Under the pieces are notes generated by a model. It saw nothing but the letters and a program-made list of their open reading frames with translations. It made no database searches and had not been told where the DNA came from. A stretch of 64,000 nt of DNA, from the NCBI RefSeq assembly GCF_009914755.1, contig NC_060930.1; one strand, given 5' to 3'. Shown here in pieces: positions 29,136-42,660 of this stretch. The DNA is from the human T2T-CHM13v2.0 reference genome, Homo sapiens. The translations under genes were made by a program, and so were the position numbers. Each line of letters starts with the position of its first letter. Position 1 is the first letter of the stretch.

Positions 29136-30252
29136 ATCAAAGTAATGATGGTTAAAATTATTTAACTTGTCAGGGTCTCAGCTGCATCGTCGTTCAATCA
29201 GATGGTAAAAGGAGATGGTCTGACTAGGTGGTGAAACTCACTTCCTTCTCTGTTGCACTCTCATTTTGAGTATAACTATTATAATAAGCAGGTCTGTAAT
29301 TTGATACCTTTGGCACTCAATCTTGAAACTATTTTCTTTCTTTTTGCCCTAAATTTTTTTTCCATGGATTTCCAACAGTTGTAAAACTATTACACTTGTT
29401 TTTTGGATTAACCGCTGAAACTCCTTCCTTCCTTTCTCCCTTGTATTTTTCAAGGTGAGGGAGCTATGTGAATAACTCATTTAGTTTAAATGCACATTTT
29501 TAAAAATTATACTTAAGTCAGAGATTTGCTTGTGCATGTTAATTTGTGATGGGAAAGTGTTAGTATTTACTTCAGAAAAAAGGAAGCTAAAGACGAGGAA
29601 AGAAGAGAAAGGGCAAAGAATTTGGAAGCATCAGCAGGAGGGACAGTTACTATCAAAGAGTCTTGTATCAATTAGGTCATCTCTGAGGTCAGTCATGCCT
29701 AGAGTCCCAGGGAAAACTCTGGGTCAGAGTTCATCCTTGCTATTTCTATGGTAGCAAACATCAGCCATGAGTGCTGCATGATATGAGGCCTGGGAGTTTC
29801 TTAAGGCCAGGATTGGCTCTTTCATGCCTTATAGCAATCACAGTTCAATACACTATTCACCTGTACATTAATTTGTTGAGGACCTTATAATACTTGGCAT
29901 TTGTTGAATGCTGTGTGTAAGCCATTGAGCTAAATGCTTTGCCTATGTTAGAGCTTTTATGCATCACAGTGGATGAGGCGAGTACTATAAATCCATATTA
30001 TAGATTCTGAAACTGAGGCTTAGCGTCAGCAAGTAGTTCAACCATAACTGTGGTAGTAAGTAACGGAGCCAGGATTTTAACCAAAGCTGACTCCAGAGAG
30101 CTCCTAATATTGAACTAGTAAGCTGTTACTGTTGCCTATACCAAGCTGCTGTGCTAGATGCTAGAGTAAGGTGAACTTGGTCCCTGACTTAAAGTTATTT
30201 CTAATCTAGAGTATGAGGCAGGTTTGTCAAGAGACACTTATTAAATAATATG

Positions 30253-30607
30253 TAATATGGTTTGGCTCTGTGTCCCCACCCAAGTCTCATCTTGAATTGT
30301 ACTCCCATAATTCCCACGTGTTGTGGGAGGGACCAGATGGCAGATAATTTGAATCACGGGGGCGGTTTCCTCCATACTGTTCTCGTGATAGTGAGTAAGT
30401 CTCACGACATCTGATGGGCTTATCAGGGGTTTCTGCTTTTACGTCTTCCTCATTTTCTCTTGTCACCACCACATAAGAAGTGCCTTTCACCTCTCGTTAT
30501 GATTCTGAGGTCTCCCCAGCCACACGGAACTGTAAGTCCAACTACAACTCTTTTTCTTCCCAGTATCAGGTATGTCTTCATCAGCAGCATGAAAACGGAC
30601 TAATACA
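30253..30607 (+). mobile_element. THE1 solo LTR (THE1A-like)
   Basis: atatggtttggctctgtgtccccaccc...gaaaacggactaataca. Confidence 0.9.
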
Positions 30608-31335
30608 GTGTGTAACACTGGTGCAACTATACATAGGTGAATGTCGAATTTCACTGATACTGACCGATGAATGTGGTGGTCAAAATTTTCTTCTTCGTTT
30701 CTTTAATTCTTTTTTGCTAGTTAATTCTCTAAGTCCTTCCATGTCTCTCCAGAATTGTATTAGGCCTTGAGCCTCTGATTACTTGCTAATCTCCTTGGCT
30801 TGGAATAGCTTCTAGATCTGGTTTTGCTGTCATTATCATAAATGTTGTCTAATAGAGACTTAATGTGGGATTTTGCAGTGTTTCCTCATTCTATTCCCAA
30901 ATAAATCCAGCTGTGAGAATCGCATCGGCTTCATTGTGTTGCAGTGAAATTCATGGATCTCAAACTTTTTCAGTATTTCCATGTGTATTTTTCTCATTTT
31001 ACTTCCCCCGAAAGTATATTAAGTATTTTCTTTTGCTGGAGAAGAGATGTTTATCTCAGAAAAAAACTAATAGGAAGGGATACAGGAAGAAATGTGAAAG
31101 ATGACCAATCATAGAACCTTTTATATGTATTCAGTAAGCATTGTTGACTTAAAAATAAGGAGAGGTGCAGTGACCGAGACTATAGACAAGTTTGTATTGG
31201 AATAATTATAGTGCTTATATCTAAAGCATTTATAACAGAGCCTGTCACATTGTAAGCACTTAATCCATGTTAAATGTTATTTACATTTTTACCACCACTA
31301 CTATTACTCTGTTGTCACCACCACTCCCACAACTT

Positions 31336-31648
31336 CAGATGGTCACTTATGAAATGGATGATAGCGGGTACTGGAAAAACTATTGCATCCTACAGTCTAT
31401 CTTCTGCTGACTAATGCTTGAAATCTCCCCTTAGAGCTCGCTTCCTTTAGCTTAATACTTTAATCCTAGTTAAACCTAACATGTTCCTTTTGCATAGAAC
31501 TGGCTGTGCCTACCTTTCATAGGATAACTGGATGGGATTAGTGGGGAGTGTGTAGCTATGGAACAGTTTTTTCTGTTTGAAATTGAGTATAGAAATCAGG
31601 GTCATCGTGGCGCATTCAACGAACTTAACTATATTGGTCAAAAGGAAA
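31336..31648 (+). repeat. Local duplication, copy 1 (313 bp)
   Basis: Aligns without gaps to 32927-33239, with 18 mismatches by manual count. Confidence 0.95.
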
Positions 31649-32926
31649 CATGCGCTGTTCTGAGAGCGGCAGCCACAGTCCTCCTGATTCTCAGTCCCTT
31701 GTACCGTCAGTTTCCATCTTCAGCTTGCTTTGCCAACACTGATACTGTATAACTTTAGCCTTATGATGTTAGGACATTTAATTGCCCTGTAGTCTATGGA
31801 GTCCTATGGATTGTGGCCCTCTGCTTGTGTTCAAACCTGCTCCATCAGAGGTCTATGGGCTGATTTTTTTGTGAAAAAGGAGATCTTTTGGTATGTTTTA
31901 CATATTTGGATTATTGTAACTCCATATTTCTTTCTTGTTTATTAAGTTACTAAGAAAGAAAGAAAGAAAGAAAGAGAAAAAATGAACGATCTAGGTCCTC
32001 AGCATTTTCTTACAGTTTTCTTGTAGTGTAGATTGGAAGAATGTTAAACATATCCAATATCCTTGTTGCATTTTCTTGGCTGTGAAGCTTAAGGAAATAA
32101 ATATATAAGAACTTTCTATTTATAGATAGCATATTAAACCTTAAATCTTGCCAACAGTCTATAAAATTTGACAAATTAGGTGTAATATATTTTAGGAATC
32201 ATCTATCTGACTGAAGAAGTTTTGGCACTCTGTGGAATCAGAGGGATACTTTTATACTGCACAGAATCACCTAAACTGTACATTTAATAGTTGGTGGATT
32301 ATAGAGTTAAAAAGTTACAGTTGTAGAAAGAGATCATCAGAATAGGGACCAGAAGGAACCGGTTTGAAGGAACTGACGTAGAAAGAAAGGTCGTATCAAT
32401 TAAGTGTTGATGGACAAGTTAATGTCTTTTTTTTCCTGAGTGTGAATATGGGAAGTAATTGTTACAGGGTGGCAGGAGGGATGACTTTGGCTTCAACCAA
32501 GAGAAGACCCAGCTAAGAATGGCTTAAATAACAACAACAGCAGCAAACCCGCAGTGATGCCAGGGCTCTAAAACACTGAACATTTTAATCTCAGATTTGT
32601 CCTCTCAAGATTGAAGGATGGTGACGGGACCACAAGCATTACCTCTTACGACAACGTCTAGAGACAGAAAATGGAGCACATTTGCTTCCTTTTCATAAGA
32701 GTGAGGGAGAGTTTTTCTGGGAGACCTCAGCAGACTTCCCTCACATCTCATTTTCAAGGTAGTCAGAGTGGTCTGTGAAGTTAGCCTGTTATTTTCTGAT
32801 ATTTGTACTGAGCTCGTGTCAATAAAGCTTATGCTTTTGCATTATTTCACAACGAACAATGCCACATGTGTACAATCATGGCCTATCGAGAAAGATATCT
32901 CTTGTTACTGTAGATATTTTTATGAA

Positions 32927-33239
32927 CAGATGGTCACTTATGAAATGGATGATAGGGGGTACTGGAAAAACTGTTGCAGCCTACAATCTATCTTCTGCTG
33001 ACTAATGCTTGAAATCTCCCCTTAGAGCTCGCCTCCTTTAGTTTAATGCTTTAATCCTAGTTAAACATAACATGTTCCTTTTGCATAGAACTGGCTGTGC
33101 CTACCTTTCATAGGATAACTGGATAGGATTGGTGGGAAGTGTGTAGCTATGGAACACTTTTTTCGGTTTGAAATTGAGTATAGAAATCAGGGTCATTATG
33201 GTGCATTCAACTGACTTAACTATATTGGTCAAAAGGAAA
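32927..33239 (+). repeat. Local duplication, copy 2 (313 bp)
   Basis: Direct repeat of 31336-31648 at an offset of 1591 bp. Confidence 0.95.
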
Positions 33240-33801
33240 AGGGCTGAAATACTAACTTTACACAACCTAGGAGTTAGATCTTCAGAGTTACCAAGGAACT
33301 CTCAAATGTTGATCAGAACTAATTCAAATGGAAAAGTCAAGGTTCATATTAACGTTCTAGGGACCAAATGAAGTCAAAGTAATTTACTGAGTAAGAATAA
33401 TTAGTTAAGAAAGGTAAATGTAGTTTTTCTGTGTCGTTAACTTCCCTCATCCTGTACAAAAGAACAAACGCATTTCTTCACTACTTCAATCAGAGGCTCA
33501 TTCTGCTCCTTTACTCAGAGGGTAAGAGGAGCACATGGGCACACCTGAGATGTGAGGAATTGAGGGCTGCCTGTATTTAGACAGAGAAACAAGTTACTTT
33601 GTAGGTAGAGTGTCACATGGCTTTTCAAACTTCATGCGTTTATACTGGCATTTTCTATGTGTAATCTTGCAACCTTGAAGATGAAGAATGTGGTTAAAGG
33701 AAGCAGTACTTCATATAGTGGATAGTTTAATTATTCTTTCTATCATTTGGCCAAATAATGAATTACATGTTTTCTTTCAATATTAGAGAAGAATTTATTT
33801 T

Positions 33802-34083
33802 ATTTAATTATTTATTTGTTTATTTTTTTGAGACGGAGTCTCTCTCTGTCCCCCAGGCTCGAGTGCAGTGGCATGATCTCGGCTCACTGCAAACTCTGCC
33901 TCGCGGGTTCATGCCATTCTCCTGCCTCAGCCTCCTGAGTAGCTGGGACTACAGGCACCCGCCACCACACCCAGCTTATTTTTTTATTTTTTATTTTTTG
34001 TATTTTTAGTAGAGATGGGGTTTCACCATGTTAGCCAGGATGGTCTCGATCTCCTGACCTCGTGATCCACCCGCCTTGGCCTC
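33802..34083 (-). mobile_element. AluY, slightly 5'-truncated
   Basis: Ends at ccttggcctc; TSD agaatttatttt. Confidence 0.92.
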
Positions 34084-34394
34084 AGAATTTATTTTTTAAC
34101 GCTCACTGTAAGATTTATTAATTACAAGTTATAATTCACTGTCCTTTATGGTGAATTATAAATGGACGACCCTTGTAAGAGTCCATATGGCAGAGTTTGA
34201 ACTCTTGGGTAACTGTGATTTGAGAAGCGATTTTGCATCTATTTTGATTTATTTTTAAAATGATGATATGTTCTAAACGTATATTTCTGGATTTAACTTG
34301 CTGATAAAAATGTAGAACTGTGTGCCTACCAGCCAGCTATTTACCTCTGTCAAATCCTAGGATTTTACTACAGATTTTTTTAAAGAGTAAAAGT

Positions 34395-34699
34395 GGTTAG
34401 GCGCAGGGGCCTCACTCCTGTAATCCCAGCACTTTGGGAGGCTGAAGCGGGAAGATCGCTTGAGCCCAAGCATTTGAGACCAGCCTGGGCAACATAGAGA
34501 GACCCCGTCTTTACAGAGCAAATAAAAATAAATTAGCTGGACATGGTGGTGCACCTGTGGTACCAGCTGCTTGGTTGGCCAGGCAGGAATATTGCTTGAG
34601 CCGGGGAGGTCGAGGCTGCAGTGAGCTGTGATCATGCCACTGCATTCCAGCCTGGGCAACAGAGTGAGACCCTATCTCAAAGCAAACAAACAAAAAAAC
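34395..34699 (+). mobile_element. AluJ
   Basis: gatcgcttgagccc...ggaggtcgaggctgcagtgagctgtgatc. Confidence 0.9.
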
Positions 34700-34879
34700 A
34701 GTAAAAACATTAGAAATGCAGTTGAAACACCTACGTCTCCCTGATTTCATTCTGCTTCCCAGTCTCCCCAGAGGTCACCACTAGCTACAGTTTGATATTT
34801 ACCTTTCTCATGTTCTTATCCATTTGTATGTGTCCAAAAAACATTCTGTAGGATTGCTTCAAAATTTATGTTATATGGT

Positions 34880-37450
<2,571 letters not shown>

Positions 37451-37967
37451 TCTGACTTTGCAAGCTTATTTTGAATACATGCTCATTTCCCCCCATTTTT
37501 GATTATCACCACTTGTCCATCTTGTCTACCAACTTTTTACGGCATCCTCTTGTCCCTAGGGTGCCCAGTTAAGAAGTGGTCTTTTAATGGCGTTATAGAG
37601 TGCTTGCCTTCTGATTATATTGTCACCAGGTTAGTGGGGGTTTTGGCTCAATACCTGATCAAGAGTATTGAGTATCTCTTCTTTCTGTGGCTTCCTATAA
37701 AGCAGTAGGTGATTCAAAGCATGAACTCATAGCAGCATCATGACAGGATGTTGAAATGAGGCCCCAAGGAAATAATCTCCTTAACATTCAGGTTTTCGGA
37801 TGAGTGTTCATCAGAAAGCAAGTTATATGGCATGTGTCTGTGTTTGTTACATCTGCCTTTTCCCTGCCCTGACATTTATTGGCACAGCCCATTCCCACAG
37901 ATGTATATTTTATGTAAGTCAGTCAAATGGATATTCTTAAAATGACAACCTTGACTCCACTGTAATT

Positions 37968-37970
<3 letters not shown>

Positions 37971-38015
<45 letters not shown>
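37971..38015. repeat. (AC)22 microsatellite
   Basis: Perfect dinucleotide run. Confidence 0.97.
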
Positions 38016-38017
<2 letters not shown>

Positions 38018-38068
38018 GTTTTTCATTGTGTTAAATCTTTGTAATATAAAATTAACTATTTAACCATT

Positions 38069-38262
38069 TCTTTTCTTTTCTTTTTTCTTTTTCTTTTTTT
38101 TTTTTTTTTAAGATGGAGTTTCGCTCATCGCCCAGGCCGGAGTGCAATGGCGCGATCTAGGCTCAGTGCAACCTCTATCTCCCAGATTGAAGCGATTCTC
38201 CTGCCTAAGCCTCCCGAGTAGCTGGGATTACAGGCACCTGCCACCACGCCCAGCTAATTTTT
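38069..38262 (-). mobile_element. AluS right arm only, fused to the ERV poly(A) tract
   Basis: Tail, right monomer and cagctaattttt linker are present; no left monomer nearby. Confidence 0.9.
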
Positions 38263-38289
38263 GTTTTTTTGTTTTTCTTTTTTGTTTTT

Positions 38290-38804
38290 GTGGTTTTAAG
38301 GAGCAGAAAGTTTAATAGGCAAGAAGGAAGGGAGAGGAAAGAAGGAAGAAGCTCCCCCGTACAGAGACAGAGGGGGGGGGCTCCAAAGCCAAAAGAGGAG
38401 GTCCCCACCTGCCACGTATACCAGCCAGGTATATATGCAGAGGCTGGAGGAGGCAGTGTTTGATTTGCATAGGGCTCAGAGGATTGGCTTGACTAGGCAT
38501 GTCATTCACGTAGCCCATGAAAATGCTGGCCCTCCCACCCTAGACTTTCAATATGCAAATGCAGGGCACAATAATGTTATATACACGTGGGAATATGTGG
38601 GGGCAGCCACATTGCCAGGAACATGTGGGGAAAGGACAAGAAGGCTGAGGGAATCTCCATGTTTGGGTAGACACAGTTTCTAATGGACGTTATTTGCATA
38701 TCAAAGGTTACTGGCCTGGCTCTAAGAGCCAGGGCTTTACAAGAAACTTTTCCAGAGATGCTTTAAAAAATGAAAACTTCCCAAGGACCCCTTTTCCTAC
38801 ATCA
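38290..38804 (-). mobile_element. ERV1 3' LTR, U3-R only (LTR9/LTR9B-like)
   Basis: Begins TG after the PPT AGGGGGAA (38805-38812). ATTAAA at 38311-38316; about 20 nt later LTR sequence stops and an A-rich tract follows. Confidence 0.75.
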
Positions 38805-38978
38805 TTCCCCCTGTGGAGATGCCACACTAACTGCTGTTAGGGGGTTTTGGGGGATGACTCCTTCTGGCTACTTCCTGCTGAAAAGGGGTTTCGAATGGGG
38901 AACAGTAGCTAGGGCTCCTCCTGGGGTCGATCTAAGGATCCTTGGAAGAATGGCATGTCCATGTGTGTGTGGTTCAGC

Positions 38979-39338
38979 TTACAGCACCATTTGGAGTTTG
39001 ATTGCTTCTTGGTGAGAAGAAACAATTTGAGTTATAGTATTGAGTATACAGGGTCCAAATATCAATACAAGATATATAAGCAAGAAAGTGCTTAATAAAG
39101 GGGTTAACCAATTCCATAAAGAAGACTGGAATTTATTAAAGAGAGATTGTAGCCCCTCAGGGCTGAGGCCGGCATTTTCCCTGAGCCTGTCAACAATTTT
39201 GACTTGATTTTTAAGTACCTGTAGATTTTCTTCTACTTTACTAGAGGTGTTAATCCAAAAGCAGCATGTTTCATTTAAAACTGCATTACTAAACCCAATA
39301 AAAAGTCCTAGCAGACTCAGTGATAGTAAAACTTTCAT
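38979..39338 (-). CDS. ERV-derived 119-aa ORF: signal-peptide-like N-terminus fused to the C-terminal part of a gamma-type Env TM subunit (expression unproven)
   Basis: Contains AVLNETCCFWINTS, an HR2-like helix, the membrane anchor WLTPLL...LIFGPCILN and a KLQMVL tail; start context AGC-ATG with A at -3. Confidence 0.6.
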   Translation of the reverse strand: MKVLLSLSLLGLFIGFSNAVLNETCCFWINTSSKVEENLQVLKNQVKIVDRLRENAGLSPEGLQSLFNKFQSSLWNWLTPLLSTFLLIYLVLIFGPCILNTITQIVSSHQEAIKLQMVL

Positions 39339-39518
39339 GCTTCCTTTTTGTCAACTATTATCCCTGCTGTAAGGGTAATAATTAAGCAAAATACTACAGC
39401 AATGGAAACTCTCTGTCCAATATTTCAGTTAGAAGGTGCTACCCTGTATAACCCTGTTGCAAATAGTAGAGTGAGGACAGCAATTCCCACAAGTGTGGTG
39501 TGGGTAGGTAATTTCCAT
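39335..39518 (-). pseudogene. Decayed, about 60-codon hydrophobic ORF immediately upstream of the mini-env ORF
   Basis: Manual reconstruction MEITY/HTTLVGIAVLTLLFATGLYRVAPSN*NIGQRVSIAVVFCLIITLTAGIIVDKKEA* needs one +1 frameshift and one internal TGA (39425-39427). Confidence 0.45.
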
Positions 39519-42384
39519 CTAAAATTTTACTTGCTAAGATATAGAATTCTCCTTTGGGGGTCTATGAAGTTCCTTGGTTTTATTTTCCCAAACAAAGAAA
39601 CCTCCGGGTTATGGGCACCTTACTCACTTTCATTACCCGGCAGAATTTGCAAGATAATTGCCCAGAACTAGCGTATTGATTCACATTTTTATGTTACCCA
39701 TCCCTTTTTTTTGTTTGTTTCCAAGCTGCGGAAGATCACCACTTGATTCACAGGATCAAGCAGAGTTAGTCTAAAATGTAGGCAAAAAGCTTAAAAACAA
39801 TGAATGAGACTAGGATTTAATGACAAATGTAAGATAAACTTTGGAGCAAAATCTTTTTCTCCAGTCCTCATTTTTGGTAAAAACTAGTTATGAATAAACT
39901 TTAGACTTAAACTTGACCTGATTATTTGCATAAAGTGCAGCAAGAATGGTTATTTTTACATAGACCTTTTGGATTGACTTTGATGAAACTGTTCCACAAG
40001 GAATTTCACATAAGACTTCTAAAGCCAAGCCCAGCCATGGGTTTGTGTCCTCTAATACCTGTGTGTTTGGTGAGCCTATCCTCTCGAGGTCCCAAGATAA
40101 ACTTGGAGCTTCCAGACCTGTTAGAAAGTGTCATTCTTTACTGACCACAGGTTAGGAATCCTGTGCGGGGACTGTGCAGACAAGGCATGAGGCCAGTTCT
40201 TCCTAAGGGGCTTTTTTTAATTGGCTTTGCCTGTCACGCTTGATTCCTTAAAGGGAAACACACACTTTCAGTCAAAGCCTTGGTAAAATAACCAGTTTTT
40301 CCAGTTGTGTCCTGTTGATGAAGAAAAATGGATTCTTACTGCACTGATGCAAACAACTATATTGCCATAAGTTAAGAGTACTCACAGATAGTTTCCAAAT
40401 TCTAGAGGAACCAGGCAGAGAAAAATAAACATGCTCCAAATTTTGTTTACAGGAGTATACCTTACTCAATTATTAAAGGCCATAAATAGTTTAAAATAAC
40501 TTTCCTTGATGCTGAAAATCAAAACAAGGATCAGCAGTATTCCAAGCAAAAGTTAAAAAGGTTACTTTCACTTTCTGAGTGTAGTCCATTTAGTTAACTT
40601 TTGTTTTGCTTGAGATTTGTCAACATGTCAGTTTTTTATGAGCTCTGTACTTTCTTTATTTCAATATTACAATCTTTAAAGCTATTAAAAACCTGCATTT
40701 GAGAACACCTGTTAAAGTCCTTAATATAGCTTGATGATAAACTGTCTTTTGAGAAGGAACAAAGCAAGACAACAATTGTTTGTGAATGACAAATTTCCAG
40801 GACAGTTATAGTTAAAAATATGACTGACAAGTTTATTTATCTTCATGGTTTACAGTAACTTTACCATTAATTATGATTGATAGCATATACTTAGACATTA
40901 GCATTTTAGAAATCCCATACAATTTTGGAACATATATTAGTATTATTCACCAAAATATAACTTAAAGAAGATTGGACATCATTTCGGCAATCTCATGTGA
41001 CTAAACATCTCAAATGATCCTGTTTACCTCTTTTCTGAATGTTTCAGGGGCCTTCTGAACTATCCAAAAAGCCAGGCATCATGAAGGACAATTTCCAGAT
41101 TGCCGTAAATTATTTTGCCAAAATGATGACTCAAAAGGAAAAAACCTTTCATTAGCCTTTACTGTGACATGAAAATTTTGTGCAAAGCCAAATTTTACCC
41201 TTGCATTAGTTTATTAATGTTAACCCCAATTCGTTTACATGAAACCGTGTGGATTATTCCATCTAATCCTAACCAATTTGACCATGAGGTGAAATCTTTA
41301 CAAACCTTTCATAACCCTTTTACTAAAGGGCAGATTAGTGTCTTAAGAGCTCCTTGCTATGCTTTTATTTTAATGCTTAATTTATGAGAAGACCATCTGG
41401 ATGCTATGGGAGAAGACAGCGTAGTGCTTGTACCATGCATGTCATTACAAGGCAGCCCAAAGCCAATTGGCTTATTTTGTAATCAGCTCATGCCTGATGG
41501 GAGTCTCATCTCTCAGTCGGGAGTGGGGATGTTTCCTTATCTTCCAGGTGGTCAAGAGCATGCTTCTCTGATTTATAACTACTATCAGCCATCCCTTACA
41601 GTGTATTTTCTACCTAGTTATTACACACCAAAACTCTCACAATGCGAAGTAATTTCTGATACCCCCAAAACTCAAAACCATCAGATAACACAAGCAAAAC
41701 AGAACAGAGCCGTTGATTTTGAGAGGGATTTAGCTCCTTTTAATTCCTGGGGTTTCATGAGGAAAACAGAGGATTTTCCCCAAAACAGGGTTTGTGATGC
41801 CTCCTCTGTTTTTCCCCAGAAGTCCCATACTACCAGAAGTTATTTTAGGGCCTTTTATGCATGCATTAAGAGTGGTAAGACACAAAATGGAGAAAAATAA
41901 TTCAGTTAACTGAGAAGAAAAGAGCCTTTTTCCAGAAAAACAAGATTCAAGAAGAGAAAAACATGAAGGACTTTTAAATATACCTATAACTTGAGTATCT
42001 ACTTTTAGTTAAGCTGGGCACTCTTTAAGAAAATCCTTTTAAATCCCTTGTTACTTGACTTTAGCCACACCAAGCATTTAAGATGTTCCGCTTTTGAACT
42101 TTACAAAAAGTCCCCTTACAGGTGAAACCAACAAGCCTTAATTAGGTTATGACTTAACCGTGAGTGTACAAGGTATTTTTAAAGGAGTGATAGGCAGCTT
42201 TTGAAACTGTCATTGCAAAACTGTCACTGAGACAGTGAAAGAGATTTGACCCAAACAACTTCATTTTGTTTCCAGCCCCAAAGCTGTCCTTGCCCATGTC
42301 TGGGCGTAGGCCGAACCAACTTTGGGAAGAGCTGGGTTTACAGTCTATAGTCTAAAACAGTCTATAGGTTTACAGTCTATACTC

Positions 42385-42660
42385 TATAGTGGCTACACCA
42401 TTTAATATTCCCACCAACAGTGCACAAGTGTTCCAGTTTCTCCACATCCTCGCCAACGAGTTATTTTTGTTTATTTTAATAATGGCCATCCTAATGGTGT
42501 GAGGTGGTATCTCATTGGGATTTTGATTTGCATTTCTCTAATGACTAGTGATGTTGAGCATCTTTTCATGTAATTGTTGGCCATTTGAATATCATCTTTG
42601 GAGAAATGTCCTTTCGAGTACTTTGCGCATTTTTTAATTGAGTTCTTTGTTTTTTGTTAT
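42385..42660 (-). mobile_element. L1MB fragment (its extreme 3' end lies at about 38018-38068)
   Basis: tagtggctacacc...ttcccaccaacagtgcac...tgtgaggtggtatctcatt. Confidence 0.8.

Larger units (their letters stand above)
38805..42358 (-). mobile_element. ERV1 internal region (HUERS-P3/LTR25-int-like, non-autonomous type), 5'-truncated; ends in an embedded LTR8-like piece (+, about 42202-42358)
   Basis: Env-TM-like ORF next to the PPT; long AT-rich non-coding internal sequence; no 5' LTR or PBS seen. Confidence 0.7.

Noticed and set aside
31336-33239. Novel LTR retroelement (direct repeats flanking 1.28 kb)
   Set aside because: No TG...CA termini, target-site duplication, PBS, PPT or coding relics; kept only as a local duplication.
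41406-41900. Longest ORF in the window (164 aa)
   Set aside because: Antisense to the ERV internal region, with no recognisable gag/pol/env motif; probably a chance ORF.
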